The translations under genes were made by a program, and so were the position numbers. From assembly GCA_951406725.2 (NCBI GenBank), contig OX597828.1, positions 22,382,001 to 22,446,000 of the forward strand: a stretch of 64,000 nt of DNA, read 5' to 3'. Positions 15,935 through 28,779 of the stretch are shown here, one piece after another (positions within the stretch are counted from its first letter, which is position 1; every line of letters begins with the position of its first letter). Under the pieces are notes generated by a model that made no database searches, was not told the origin of the DNA, and worked only from the letters and a program-made list of their open reading frames with translations. Source of the stretch: Octopus vulgaris. Lineage: Eukaryota.

Positions 15935-17139
15935 TGTGTGTGTGTGTGTGTGTGTGTGTGTCTGTATTTACGACTTGCGACGACAATAGTGTCTCATACA
16001 TAAATATGGATGACCTTTCGACTAGTTTTATCAGTTTCTTTCCGCTGTTTTCATCTTACTATAAACCGTATGACTTTATATTTACGTCCATTTTGTTTCC
16101 TTTTACTTTAAGAATAATTTTGCTGATAAATCCTTTCAGCTGCTCTCTGTCTTATATGTAACAAAACTGCACACCAGCAATATTGTTTTTGTTCATGTAG
16201 CGATGAATATTTTAAAATTTGTTACGTGGGTTCGTGTTTAACTGGGAGAAGGATACTTGTCCCCTCAAGTTTACATATTTAAAACTTTTATACGTGAAAA
16301 TCAAACCTGATTCCAGGCAATAAATTAGCTGAAATTTATAAGGTAAATATTACTTTTCGATGTAACGAAGAAGCCCTATCAAGTAATTTTGCATGCTAGA
16401 CATAACAGTAAAAACACCTCTAAAAATGCATTGGATAATACATAGTCAATTCAGAAATTAATTAAAATGTAAAACATAATACAAATGACTTTGTGGTGTG
16501 ATTATTGTTTGAGTTGTGGGGAAATGAGAAAGATATAGTTTCGATCTCTCACATCAGGAGAACTGTGTAACTGTGCCTCAAAGAGCAGCGTAGGTTAGCT
16601 AGAAATTTTGTACAGAAAGACATGCTGTATAATGTTTTCAACTGTACATGTACATCTTTACCCATAATACTCGCTTCCATCAAAGTTATTTCTAGAGAAA
16701 TGCCTGAGATCTGTTGATTCTCTGACACACCGAATGCAGATCCACATATCTGAAAGAAATTGACGCTCAATTTTCTGGATATTTAAACTGAATAGCTATG
16801 GCCGGAACGACACAATATTTCGTGAGGTTTGTCTAGACCTACGTACCCTGCATCAGTAATTAGCATACATAATCTACCAGGCGTTTCCTTTTGAAATCCT
16901 GGGACGTGCAAACTGACTGTGTGGATTTCGGATAATTGTCTTAGGGAGGCAATCACTTGTGCTTGATCTTTGTTATTCCTGTTGTTCGAAAACTAGACAA
17001 GCGGCCTTGTCATATTCAATTTGAAGAGAAGGTTGTAGACCACCGGCGAATGGGGTTTGATGAAATCTGTATAATACTAAGCGGTGTATGGGCACGGAAC
17101 CCTGGGTAACCCTATGAACCGGGCATAACTAGCATTCTC

Positions 17140-17199
<60 letters not shown>

Positions 17200-17204
17200 T
17201 ATTT

Positions 17205-17247
17205 ATAGTACCTCGGTTTCGAGCAACTCTGATCGCGAATAAATGGT

Positions 17248-17330
<83 letters not shown>

Positions 17331-17380
17331 TAAAGCACGGTTTATTCGTGATCAGAGGCTTCGGAAAGCCGAGGTTCTAT
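17205..17380. repeat. About 50-bp inverted repeats around (TA)n(GATA)n; left arm holds a hammerhead 3' half
   Basis: tagtacctcggtttcgagcaactctgatcgcgaataaa versus tttattcgtgatcagaggcttcggaaagccgaggttcta; minus strand gctc-GAAA-ccgagg-TA. Confidence 0.6.
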
Positions 17381-17391
17381 TGTGTGTGTAT

Positions 17392-17477
<86 letters not shown>

Positions 17478-17601
17478 GTATATATTTAAGTTGGTAGATA
17501 GATATATAAATAGGTAGATAGATAGATTGATAGATAGATAGATAGATAGATTAATAGATAGATAGATAGATAGATTAATAGATAGATAGGTAGATAGATT
17601 G

Positions 17602-17644
<43 letters not shown>

Positions 17645-17949
17645 TATATAGATAGATAGATAGATAGATACGACTGGGAGAAAATGCGAAAGAAACTGGC
17701 ACCTGCCAGTTGTGGCGAGAGCTGACGTACCTTTATGTAGCATGGAATCGATCCAAGTGATAACTTAAATAGTGTATATGTATACATACTTACGCTCTCT
17801 CTCCCTCTAACTAATTTAAATTGTACACACCACATTTTTTTGCCCTTGTCACTTTACATTCAATGTGCTGCATCACATTATAGCTTCGTAGAAAAAAAGA
17901 GTCTTTCGGTTCATACACTGTACAAAAATGAAATATATATAATTTTCTG

Positions 17950-18341
17950 CTCTTGGCACAAGGCCCGAAATTTTTGGGCAGTGAGCCAGTCGATTACATC
18001 GACACCAGTACGTAACTGGTACTTAATCTATTGACCCCGAAAGGATGAATGGCAAAGGCGACCTCGGCGGAATATGAACTCAGAACATAACAGCAGACGA
18101 AATATCTCTAAGCGCTTCGCCCGGCGTGCTAACGTTTCTTATTTCTTTATTGCCCAGGGGACAAACAAGGACAGACAAAGTAATTAAGTCGATTACATCG
18201 ACTCCAGTGTGTAACTGGTACTTAATTTATCAACCCCAAAAGTATAAAGGCGAGGTCAACCTCGGCGGAATTCGAACTCAGAAAGTAACGGCAGACGAAA
18301 CATTTCGCCCGGCGTGCTAACGTTTCTGCCAGCTCGCCACC
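17950..18341 (-). mobile_element. SINE family A dimer
   Basis: Two tandem units of cgaccccgaaaggatgaaaggcaaagtcgacctcggcggaatttgaactcag-like sequence. Confidence 0.85.
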
Positions 18342-18704
18342 CTCGCAGAAATATATATAGTCGTGGCTGTGTGGGAAGAAACTTACTTCCCAACCACCTG
18401 GTTCCGTGTTCAGTCCAACTGTGTGGAACATGAGTCAGTCACCTTTCTATTGCAATTCAGACCCTCCCACAGAGCAACCACTGAATATAATCATCTGAGC
18501 TAAGTGAAGCAACGTGAAAAGATATGTTTTCCTCATAGACATAAATTAGCTACCAGTTGAATTAGCTACCAGAGATGCTACACACCTGGATTTCAGATAT
18601 CAGGTCATATTACCGAGCAGAGTAACTCACTTTAGTTCCTAGATTAAGTCTGCAGGGCCAAGGTGTTATCTCCTGCTGTCCATATTGATATTTCCTTGCC
18701 TCTA

Positions 18705-18920
18705 ATATCGGTTCCAAATTTTAGCACAAGACCAACATGTACGGAGTAGGGGCCAAGTCGATTAAATCGATCCCAGTTCTGAAATGGTACTCATTTTATC
18801 GACTCCGAAAGAGACGAAAAGCAAAGGTGGTCTCAGCGGAATTTGAACTCTGAACGTAAAGTCGGACGAAATGCCGCTAAGCATTTTGCCCGGCGTGGTA
18901 ACGATTCTGCTGGCTCGCCA
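18705..18920 (-). mobile_element. SINE family A, diverged
   Basis: atttgaactctgaacgtaaagtcggacgaaatgccgctaagcattttgcccggcg. Confidence 0.8.
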
Positions 18921-19674
18921 CTTTATCCCTGCCTTTACTATCGAACTCCACATTGGCTTCTTTTGGAACTGACTAACTAATTAGCTAAAGCAGCATGGAC
19001 CCAAGTGCACATTTGTCACTGTTAAAGTTTCTTCGAACACAAAGGCACAATCTAGTTGGAAATTCTTCCATCATTCATTTTCTCCAGAATTGTAAATTAA
19101 TGCATGTTACATAAAGCACTGAAGCAAATCGGCAGAATTGTTTGTGCATTGATGGAAGTGTTTTGCGGTATTTAGGCACGCAGTTACGGCTTTTTACATT
19201 CTGAATTAATGTCCGATCGAGGTCAACATTGACTTTCATCCCTTCGTCGCTGATACAACGAAGCACAAATCAATGGTAATAAATTAGAGAAATTAATGAT
19301 TCGTTGGAGAAAATATTTTCCGATATTTGACCTGCACTTTGCACCATGTGAGCCTTGAAGGGTATGATGAACTTGTCTGTAACTAACCGAGAAATGGTGA
19401 CGACAGGAATTCTCGTTTGTATACTTCAATGTAAAATCCATGTCAAATATATTTCACGTGTCACAGAATGGTCTATTGGTGCTTTGTCGCCATGATGACT
19501 CAAGACACGAAGTAGTCACATAATATATAACTTTATTTTGCGAATATCTTTGAAAATAAGTTTTATTTAATCATCAACGGATTCGAACCCACCAGCCTTG
19601 ACATATATTTTAATGTCATAAGTACAGTTTTCCCTTCTTTCCTTAGCTAATGAATGAAGAAACGTAACAGTAAT

Positions 19675-20250
19675 AATGGTCTCAAACTTTGGTTTAAAGC
19701 GAGAAAATTTGAGGGAGAGCAAGAGTTGATTACACCGACCCCAGTGCTCCACTAACACTTATTTTATGGACAGCGAAATAAGGAAGAGTTAAGACGATCA
19801 AGGCAGAATTTGAACTCAGACAGTACTGACGGATGAAATACCTGCTTCCTTACTACCCACAAGGGGCTAAACACAGAGAGGACAAACAAGGACAGACACA
19901 CGGAGTAAGTCGATTATATCGACCCCAGTGCGTAACCGGTAGTTATTTAATCGACCCCGAAATGATGACAGGCAAAGTCGACCTCCGCGGAATTTGAACT
20001 GAGAACGTAGCGGCAGACAAAATACCTATGTCGTTACTATCCACAAGGGGCTAAACACAGAGGGGACAAACAAGGACAGACTGACGGATTAAGTCAATTA
20101 TATCGACCTCAGTGCGTAACTGGTACTTATTTAATCGACCCCGAAAGGCTGAAAGACAGAGTCGACCTCGGCGGAATTTGAACTCAGAACGTAACGGCAG
20201 ACGAAATACCGCTAAGCATTTCGCTCGGCGTGCTATGATGGATGAAATAC
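19675..20250 (-). mobile_element. SINE family A multimer
   Basis: Three tandem units, two of them with ggggctaaacacagag..gacaaacaaggacagac. Confidence 0.85.
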
Positions 20251-21172
20251 CACTAAACTTTTTTTTCCCCAGAACGGTCACATGTTTGTTAACACGCCGC
20301 CATGAAATGTAAAAGTAATAATCTCATTGCTGTTGTTATTAACACTATTTAGTTTGCTCTTCAGCCGCCAGCCGGGTCTAGTCGATTATGCAAACGATCA
20401 AACACATTCAGTCTATCAGTATCTTATTATACTTCCAATCATTATTCATCGAGTACTTCATTATCTTATGCATCATTAGGTTTTATTTGAATGTGTGCTG
20501 ACTGCCCTTTCCAACAGACACACTGAATGCTAGTGTTACAACGTTCTGTGTCTTGTCAATGGTGGTGGTTTTCCTTTCTCTATTCCGTTGACGACCTCAC
20601 ACTATTGCGAATACAATCCCCTCATCGAGATCTATATATTTCATCCTCCGCGGGAAATACCAGTCAGACAACAGGGATTACGAAATCCTCATCACACATT
20701 CTTCGCGAATATTTCGTAGTAAATATCAATGTCTAGAAACCATTTTTTTTTTCATTCTTAACGGTTTGTTCTGATTTAATCTGATATTTTATTTTTAGTA
20801 TATTTATAACATTTATGCTACTATTGTAGTAACTAACGGTAGCGATTGTTAAATGCTGTTTATCAAATTTTCCTACTGAAAAATAATTTATTGTAAGTAA
20901 GCGATTGAGAGTCAGGAGAGAACAGTCTATCAAATTTTACAAGCTCTATTTCCTCACTATGATATATATTATGATTTACAGTCATCGACTTTGTCAAACC
21001 AGATAAAAATTTACGTAATGTTCTTTCACTTTCGCTTTCGGAATGAATGACTATTTTCATATGGATTTTATTTCATGTGTTATTTTTCTGTTTGTTTGCT
21101 TGTGTTCGTGTTTGTTTTTGTATTTTATACTTTTATTACGCTATGATTTATTCTATTTTCTGCATATATATA

Positions 21173-21259
<87 letters not shown>

Positions 21260-21707
21260 CTAATCTATATGCACACGCACTCCCATACACGCATCAGTTT
21301 ATAATCTGTGTAGGTGTATGCATGATGTATGCGTATATCTTTGTATATAAGAATTCCAAGAGAGGACAAAAGATAGATGTCTCCTTCACGTCAGAGTATT
21401 CAGGATATATAAAAAGCTTTGCCCCTTCAAACGCTATCATCACCAAGAGCTGAAATATATATAGATCGGAGTGTGCGGATGACTTACCGTGCGAAACCCC
21501 GGACCCTCCTTGATAACCACGACTACCAGAACGAACATTAGCATCAAGCGATCTTATTTTGAACCAAGTCTCCACCGTTAGTAAAAAATAAGAACATTGT
21601 TATGCAAAAGACACAGTCGTGGCAGGAGCATTGATATCACTGTATTTTTCGTTCAACTGGACTGATTGCAACCAATGGAATTCATGAGAAAGGTTTGTTT
21701 TTTTTCA

Positions 21708-21942
21708 CTTTATTAGTTCCACTTCGAGAGCTGCGGCTATGCTCTGCCACCGATGTTTGTTTTGCTACTCTTTCACTAAACCTCTTCTGATATGTGGCGT
21801 TTGGAAAATGAGGTAGTTTGATTTTGCTGCTCTCATCTATGTTACTTGCTGCGAGGTGGGTTCAGCCGGAACTCTTGACAGGAGGATATCCAGATTTGTT
21901 TTAAAACGTCTTCACCCTTTCCATGTAGGTCTCTCAATGTAT
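21708..21942 (-). mobile_element. CR1-group LINE 3' end (ORF2 C-terminus and 3' UTR)
   Basis: Minus strand TLRDLHGKGEDV/FKTNLDILLSRVPAEPTSQQVT*MRAAKSNYLIFQ; same motif as 61636-62315; tail ggtggcagagcatagccgcagc. Confidence 0.7.
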
Positions 21943-23026
21943 GTGCGAAAATATTTAAGAGTCGCGGAGGATATTTAAGAGATGTGAGCCTTTCCGAGGT
22001 TTATAGTAAAACTATATTTTTTACCAAAAATACTGCTCAGTTATCCTTATTTTTCATTTTCTCAGATTTTTTTAAATTGGAAAAGTAATTAATAGACCCA
22101 TGACTTAACACGATTTGTCCTCGCAGAAAATCGGGAAACGTAATGCAAGATATTTTATCCATTGTTGCAACTGTGTAACCAATATCCCACCTGCTTCGTA
22201 CAAAGATTTTAAGTCTATGTTGTTTAAAACATTTTTATTTTTTGAGACAGTAGGGTGTGAGCTGGAGTTTCTAGCAGATGGGATGACTCTTAGCGACCGC
22301 CCCACACATCTTGTTTAGTAATGCATGGAGTGGATGAGTGATTAGGTTGTTGAAAGACTGGGTCAGTTCGATCTGCTTTAACATGTCGACTATAAAATAA
22401 ACTAAACTAAAATGAAATAAAACATATATAGAATAAAATAAGAAACCACTATTGGCATTTTGCCCAATCGGAAGAAATCGATATTCCTTTTTGGCATGTA
22501 CTGAGAGTAATATGGTGCACTGATAGTTTGTTGGCCACTGTGAGACATTCGCTTAACTCTTTCTCTTATCTATTTTTCATTGCTTCTAGTTAATTCGCAG
22601 TTGTAACACTTTCACATTGGTTATTTAAACTCTTGGGGCTGGACAACCGCATGATAACATGAAATACTTTCTGTTCTACATTCACAAAGAGAACACCGAA
22701 AAAAATATTTGGATTATGCATAATTAAAAACACACACACAGACACACAGACACACATACACATGTGTGCGCATGCAGCTACGCACACGCACATACATACA
22801 CACAAATACACACGCGCGCTCATACACGTAGGTACGCACGTACAAATGAAATACAAAGTTTTGCATTAAAAACAAAAGGCTCATTTGATACAAAGGCTGT
22901 ATGATGGAAATACTAGGGAATATCCCTCATATCACACGGTATTAATTTTGAAGAGCAGGAAACACCTTTTAGACGGTGTATTCCTACGGCATACATAGGT
23001 AAACGCATATATATATATATATAAAA

Positions 23027-23269
23027 TAAAGGCGCCCTTTTAAAACCTAGCCAGGCTCATGGGCACGGTTTCCCGGTTTCTATGTATTTCCCAGTTGGAC
23101 GGGACGCCAGTCCATCGCAGCGTTACGCATTTTTGCCAGCTGAGTGGACTGGAGCAATGTGAAATGAAGTGTTTTACTGAAGAACACAACGCGTCGCCCG
23201 GTCCAGGAATAGAAACCACAATCTTACAATCATGGAGCTGACACCCTAACCACTAAGCCACACGCCTCA
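23027..23269 (-). mobile_element. SINE with D-type head and body and a different tail
   Basis: Minus gaggcgtgtggcttagtggttagg...gttgtgttcttcagtaaaacacttcatttcacattgctccagtccactcagctgg, then ctgcgatggactggcgtcccgtcc. Confidence 0.8.
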
Positions 23270-23650
23270 ACATACATATATATACATAATTTTAATACAT
23301 TATGCAGACATATATATGTTGTGTGTGTACATTCTTTTATTCCTTTATTTGTTTCAGTTATTTGAGTGCGCCATTCTGGAGCCCCGCATTTAGTCGAACA
23401 CTTCGATCCTAGGACTTATTCTATCGGTCAATTTTTTCGAACCGCTAAATTACGGGGACGTAAACACTTCAACATAGGTTGTCAAGTGATGGTGAGGGCA
23501 CAAACATATATACACAAAGATATGCATACATATATGTATGTATATATATATATATCAAGTAGGTACTGTAAATTTAGGGTGAATACTTCATAAGTGTAAG
23601 CACATGTATATGCCAGATAGTAGCAGAGGTGAGAGGGAATATATCAAATA

Positions 23651-23887
23651 AAATCAAAAACAGAACACAAAGGATATCGTGGTACACGTGTTTCAAGCTT
23701 TATAAACGACCCCTTTCTTACATCAATGTATAATTGATATAAAAGATGGTTTAAAGCTCTCTTCAGCCGCAAACAAAACAGCTTTAAACCATCTTTTATA
23801 TCAATTATACACTGATGTAAGAAAGGGGTCGTTTATAAAGCTTGAAACACGTGTACCGCGATATCCTTTGTATTCTGTTTTTGATTT
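23651..23887. mobile_element. Fold-back element, arms of about 108 bp with a 21-bp spacer
   Basis: 23651-23758 is the near-perfect reverse complement of 23780-23887. Confidence 0.9.
23679..23770 (-). ncRNA. Hammerhead ribozyme motif with extended stem II
   Basis: Minus: GCGG-CUGAAGA-GAGCUUUA...UAAAGCUU-GAAA-CACGUG-UA-CCAC. The right-arm copy has CCGC, which would give a perfect stem I. Palindromic stem III, GUA cleavage triplet. Confidence 0.75.
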
Positions 23888-23913
23888 GATTTTATATATA
23901 TATATATATATAT

Positions 23914-24130
23914 TACCCACAAGGGGCTAAACACAGAGGGGACAAACAAGGACAGACAAACGGATTAAGTCGATTACATCGATCCCAGTGCGTAACTGGT
24001 ACTTAATTTATCGACCCCGAAAGGATGAAAGGCAAAGTCGACCTCGACGGAATTTGAACTCAGAACGTAACGGCAGACGAAATACGGCTACGCATTTCGC
24101 CCGGCGTGCTAACGTTTCTGCCAACTCGCC
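23914..24130 (-). mobile_element. SINE family A monomer
   Basis: Near-consensus copy. Confidence 0.9.
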
Positions 24131-24764
24131 ATACACTTCTGATACGCTTCTTTCAATTTCCGTCTACCAAATCCACTCACAAGGCACTTGCCCAAGGTGC
24201 CAAGCAGTGGGACTGAACCGGGAACCATGTTGTTGGTAAGTAAGCTACTTACCACACATCCTCTCCTGCGCTTGTAGATGTGTGTGTTGTGTGTGTTTGT
24301 ATATGTGTGTGTGTGTATGTGTGTGTGTGTGCGTGTGTGTACATACATACTGAAATACACGTGAGAAACACTCAAAAATGTTGAACAGACGTTTATGAGT
24401 GAAGATACCCCTTGAGGCAAGTGCTTAAGAGTGTTTCTCTCACTCTAGAGTGGCCAAGTCGCATCCAGGTCATGACTCCTGGGCGCCCTTCTGATACTTT
24501 TTAGCCACTTGGATATGAGAGACTTTTACAACTAAACAACCTAGAGCTTTTTTCAAGTTCAATGTAACTCATCTGCGCCTAACTTAACTTTACATTTTAT
24601 GCTTAAATAATAACTTTGGTTGCAATGGGAGCAATGTTGGCTCAGAACAACATTCTGCATATATTACATATCGTGGGTGTATTGTAAGGAAACTGCAATC
24701 CTGCGTATTGAAAAGTACAATATAAGAAGCAACAGTTGCAACTGATGATATGTAAGTACGTGGA

Positions 24765-25300
24765 AATACTTTATCTAGAAATTCCTGCGCTGCATATGGA
24801 CGCGTTTCGCCCGCTTCTGATATTTCAATGATTCTTATCGCTACGTCGGGAGGCGCAATGGTCCAGCGGCTGAAGCATTGGAAGATAGGAGAGGATGGGA
24901 TTCAGATGAAGACAGGAGGGGAGTTGAGCCCTTGTGCCGCAAAAGAAGGAAGACTCATTAATCCCTGTTTACCGTGAAGAAGGGAGTCCGTTGGCCTCTG
25001 TGCGAAGACAATCCGAACAAAAACAGATGCAGTAGTGAATGACCGGTAGAGAGGAAATGGCGCGAGACCGGGGTCTCATTGCCGAGTCTGATGTCACGGA
25101 GGTGCTCCGCAAACCGGTCAGCCATGTGGCATCACGTTTGACTGATGTACAGAGAAGGGCAGAGAGAGCAAGCGGTGCAGCAAATGACTTTGCTAGACGT
25201 GCAGGTAAAGGAGTCGGTGATATGATAGGGACGATGAGATGTGCTTGTAAGGATGGTAGTGTTAGGGAGGGACGGATAAGTGCTGAAGCGTGGGCGATAC
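24765..25300 (-). mobile_element. Penelope-like element 3' end (GIY-YIG endonuclease and decayed terminal repeat)
   Basis: Minus: YHITDSFTCTSSKVICCTACSLCPSLYISQT*CHMADRFAEHLRDIRLGNETPVSRHFLSTGHS...QGLNSPPVFI*; downstream cgggc-GAAA-cgcg-TC hammerhead 3' half at about 24813-24799. Confidence 0.85.
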
Positions 25301-25314
25301 ATATATATATATAT

Positions 25315-25348
<34 letters not shown>

Positions 25349-25354
25349 TTATTT

Positions 25355-25405
<51 letters not shown>

Positions 25406-25530
25406 TTAACATATATATATATGTGTGTGTGCGTGTATTAATGTTTGTCTTTATGTTCACTTATAGTAAAGCCAAGTTTATATTAATCCGATGTGTAACT
25501 CAATATTTGTGTGGAGTATGAATTTATCAT

Positions 25531-25635
25531 TCTTAAGATTTTTGTCGACAATGACTTCGACGTTTCAGCCAGACCGCCGCTGGTTTAACTGGCCAAAAAC
25601 CTCGACGTCACTGACAACAACAATTTTGATTAAAA
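25531..25635. repeat. Small fold-back with hammerhead 3' half; a related copy lies at 53162-53210
   Basis: tttgtcgacaatgacttcgacgtttcagccag versus ctggccaaaaacctcgacgtcactgacaacaa; minus strand ggct-GAAA-cg-TC. Confidence 0.5.
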
Positions 25636-26000
25636 ATATTAGATAGTTAAGTCTCTCTCTCCCTTTCTTCTCTCTCTCTCTCTCTATTTAACTATCTATT
25701 TCTCTCTCTCTCCCTCTGTATATATACATATATGTGTGTGTGTTTGGTGTGCGAGTATGTACATAAACTCTCACACACGTACGTATCTATGATTCCCTGT
25801 GTGTGCGCGTGTATGTTATATTTGTATATGAGGAATAACATTGAAACATCTAAACATAAATATGCGTTTCAATGCTCGTAATTATTTTCATAATTAGAGT
25901 TACAATACAGCATTTGACTTACAAAACTATCGTGGCTGTTTGAAGTATAATTGTGAACGTGTGTATATATTACAAACGAAGAATTATTCACTGTAAGAAA

Positions 26001-26001
26001 T

Positions 26002-26059
<58 letters not shown>

Positions 26060-26100
26060 GCTGCTGTTGCTGCTGCTGCTGCTGCTACTACTACTACTAT

Positions 26101-26150
<50 letters not shown>
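26001..26150. repeat. (CTA)n/(CTG)n trinucleotide repeat
   Basis: Directly visible. Confidence 0.95.
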
Positions 26151-26151
<1 letters not shown>

Positions 26152-26326
26152 AATCAGTAGCATATACGAAATAAAAAATGATTATTTAAAAAAGGAAGTG
26201 GTTTTCTTTTCCGTTTCGTAGAAAATAAACTCGTTTATTCCAGTAAAAGAATTAAAGGAAAAGCGATCACTCAAACACATATATGTGTGTGTGTATATAT
26301 ATATATAGATATATATTTACATATAT

Positions 26327-26412
<86 letters not shown>

Positions 26413-26416
<4 letters not shown>

Positions 26417-26827
26417 GGAATGACGAACGACTTCCCAAACAGATCTTCTATTCCCAACTCAAAGACGGCAAGCGTACAAAAGGAGGCCAGAAGAAACGCT
26501 ACAAGGATTCCCTGAAAACGAACCTGAAAAAGTGTGACATCGACTTCACTAACTGGGAGGAAACGGCAAAAAACAGACCACTCTGGAAAACCACCATCCA
26601 TGAGGGAACGGCGACATTCGAGTCGAAAAGGTCTGCAGAGCTGGAGGAGAAAAGACGACGACGGAAGGAGCGCCAACAACAACCACGTGCGACTCTCCCT
26701 TCCGGCACTAGATGTCCGCACTGCGACCGATCTTTTCAAACAAGAATTGGTCTTATCGGTCACCTACGGACTCACCAGTAAATTTGCGCGAAGACCATCA
26801 TCCTCGACCTTGAGGGATTGCCATGAT
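26413..26827 (+). mobile_element. RTE-clade LINE, 5'-truncated 3' end with C2H2 zinc finger
   Basis: Open frame [58 protein letters not shown]...[22 protein letters not shown] (stop at 26781); short 3' UTR with stem-loop tcctcgaccttgaggga; flanked by TA repeats. Confidence 0.92.
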
Positions 26828-28721
26828 ATATACATATACATGTATATGTACACACATATTGATCTATATGTATATATATGTACATTGATAAATGCGTATA
26901 CATATCTACATGCTCCCTTTCTTTCTCTCTCTCTCTCTCACACACACACATATATATATATATGTATCTCTCTCTCTATATATATATGCATACATATATC
27001 TACATGTATATGTACACACATATTGAGATCTATGTATATATATGTACATACATATGCATGTAAATGTGTATATATATATATATATATCTACACGCTGTCT
27101 TTCTCTCTGTCTCACACACTCACACACACACACACACACACATGTAAATATATTCGTTGGCATACATTTTGTTTAGAAAATGTTCACGAATAATACATTT
27201 ATTATATCTCACACCTCTCTTAAGGAAGACCATGATCTATGAAACTATATTAATATTATGTGATGTGTTCGTAGAAGATTTTCGAACTTGTAAATTGCAT
27301 CATATCGCAAGAAATATAATGTAAGCTTTCTTAATACTAATACTAAAGTTATTGGTACTTGTTGTCGATCACGATTTTGAAAATAAAATATAGAATTTAG
27401 TAAAACGAACAGGAAAGAATTGTTTGATCAGATATAATGGCCAAAACAAACAAAAAAGACATAACAGAGCAATATTATTATTGACAATAGAATCTGCTGT
27501 CTTTTGTCCAAAGTGGAAGATTGCAAATATCTTTGATTCTTAACTATCTAAAACTAACCCTGAAGAAATAATCTGTACATTGAAATATAGTAGATATTGG
27601 GGGAAATGTATATAAGGATAGGTTATGTGACCATGTGTGAAAGATGTCAAATGCATTCAAATGGTAATGTCGAATATCGTTTACATGGTGCTAATTACAA
27701 ATATTGAGGTAAAAATTCAATTCAAGAAGAAGACATGTAATTCCATTGTAATATTGTTACGGTTTCATCTCGTTGTCCGAAGGAAATAAAGCCTATGCAG
27801 GATCAATATAAAAACAATACATTTTTGTACTCGCGTTTAATCAGTTCTCGTTTTTAAAAATACGTTTGCTGATTTATCAGTTAAACACAGCCGGCAGGGC
27901 TGTGACCATCGCGGAACAGGTTAGAGTGCGTAAGAACTGCTGTAAGGGATTTGATGCAATGATCCAGCTCCTATGAAGCCACATTTTCAATTTTCTTTGA
28001 AAGAAATGGCTTGTGTAGCATGTATTTCAATACGCAGCTGATAAATTGTTTGAAATTTAACACATAATGGGTTCTCGAAAGTATTTTCATATTCCTTGTT
28101 CTCTTCAAATTTTCTTGAACCAAAACACTCTTTCTTTTATAAGTTGGGTATTAAGATTTTGTTAGATTAGAATTACATTGACTTTATTTAAGTGAATTTA
28201 TACAAGTAATTAAACAATTTTTTTCCTAATTCTGATTCGTCGAGCAGCAAAAGTGACTTGAGAGTCGCTTGCTTTAATATTTTCTGCACGATCGTTTCAT
28301 TAATATACACTCACTGAGAAAATTATGTGGCAATAGCCGTCTATGATATACCTACATATATCGGGACGCCAATGGGACGTTATCCATATACATGCATCTA
28401 TTGCTTTATGTTTGAGACAAACTAGAAGGGTGTGCCATTTTATGCAGAGAACACGTGAGCTAAAAAACAACAATAACTATAATTATATTCATTGGGAATC
28501 ACCCAAGGAAATTTTGATATCACTAAGAAATTAAATAAATAGTCTGTTACCAATTACGTATTCCGTAAATTTCTAAAGATCGTGATGCGTATAGTGCACC
28601 ATCAAGAATATCTCTGAGCGAGCATCATCTGTGCACGACGTTACACTTTTGTGTACAATTTCTTAAACAAATAACAAACATAACCTGCGGTAAGTATATT
28701 CTTTAGATTAGATATAGGTCA

Positions 28722-28779
28722 ATAATTTGTTTGTTTTTTCTTAAGTGAAAATTCACTTAAGAAAAAACAAACAAATTAT
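28722..28779. repeat. Perfect hairpin with 28-bp arms
   Basis: ataatttgtttgttttttcttaagtgaa-aa-ttcacttaagaaaaaacaaacaaattat. Confidence 0.9.

Larger units (their letters stand above)
23332..24271 (-). mobile_element. SINE family B split at its internal microsatellite by nested insertions
   Basis: 3' half at 23332-23520 and 5' half at 24145-24271; the fold-back element and SINE A lie between them. Confidence 0.75.

Noticed and set aside
17080-17132. Helitron 3' end (…ccgggcataactag)
   Set aside because: The subterminal hairpin is poor, CTAG is not followed by T, and no 5' TC end could be assigned.
21486-21575. Minus-strand exon ending in a GTAAGT donor (MLMFVLVVVVIKEGPGFRT or METWFKI... frames)
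   Set aside because: No clear acceptor or start, no recognisable homology, and no convincing partner exon.
25039-25356. 105-aa plus-strand GC-rich ORF as a host exon
   Set aside because: It is the antisense of a Penelope GIY-YIG remnant.
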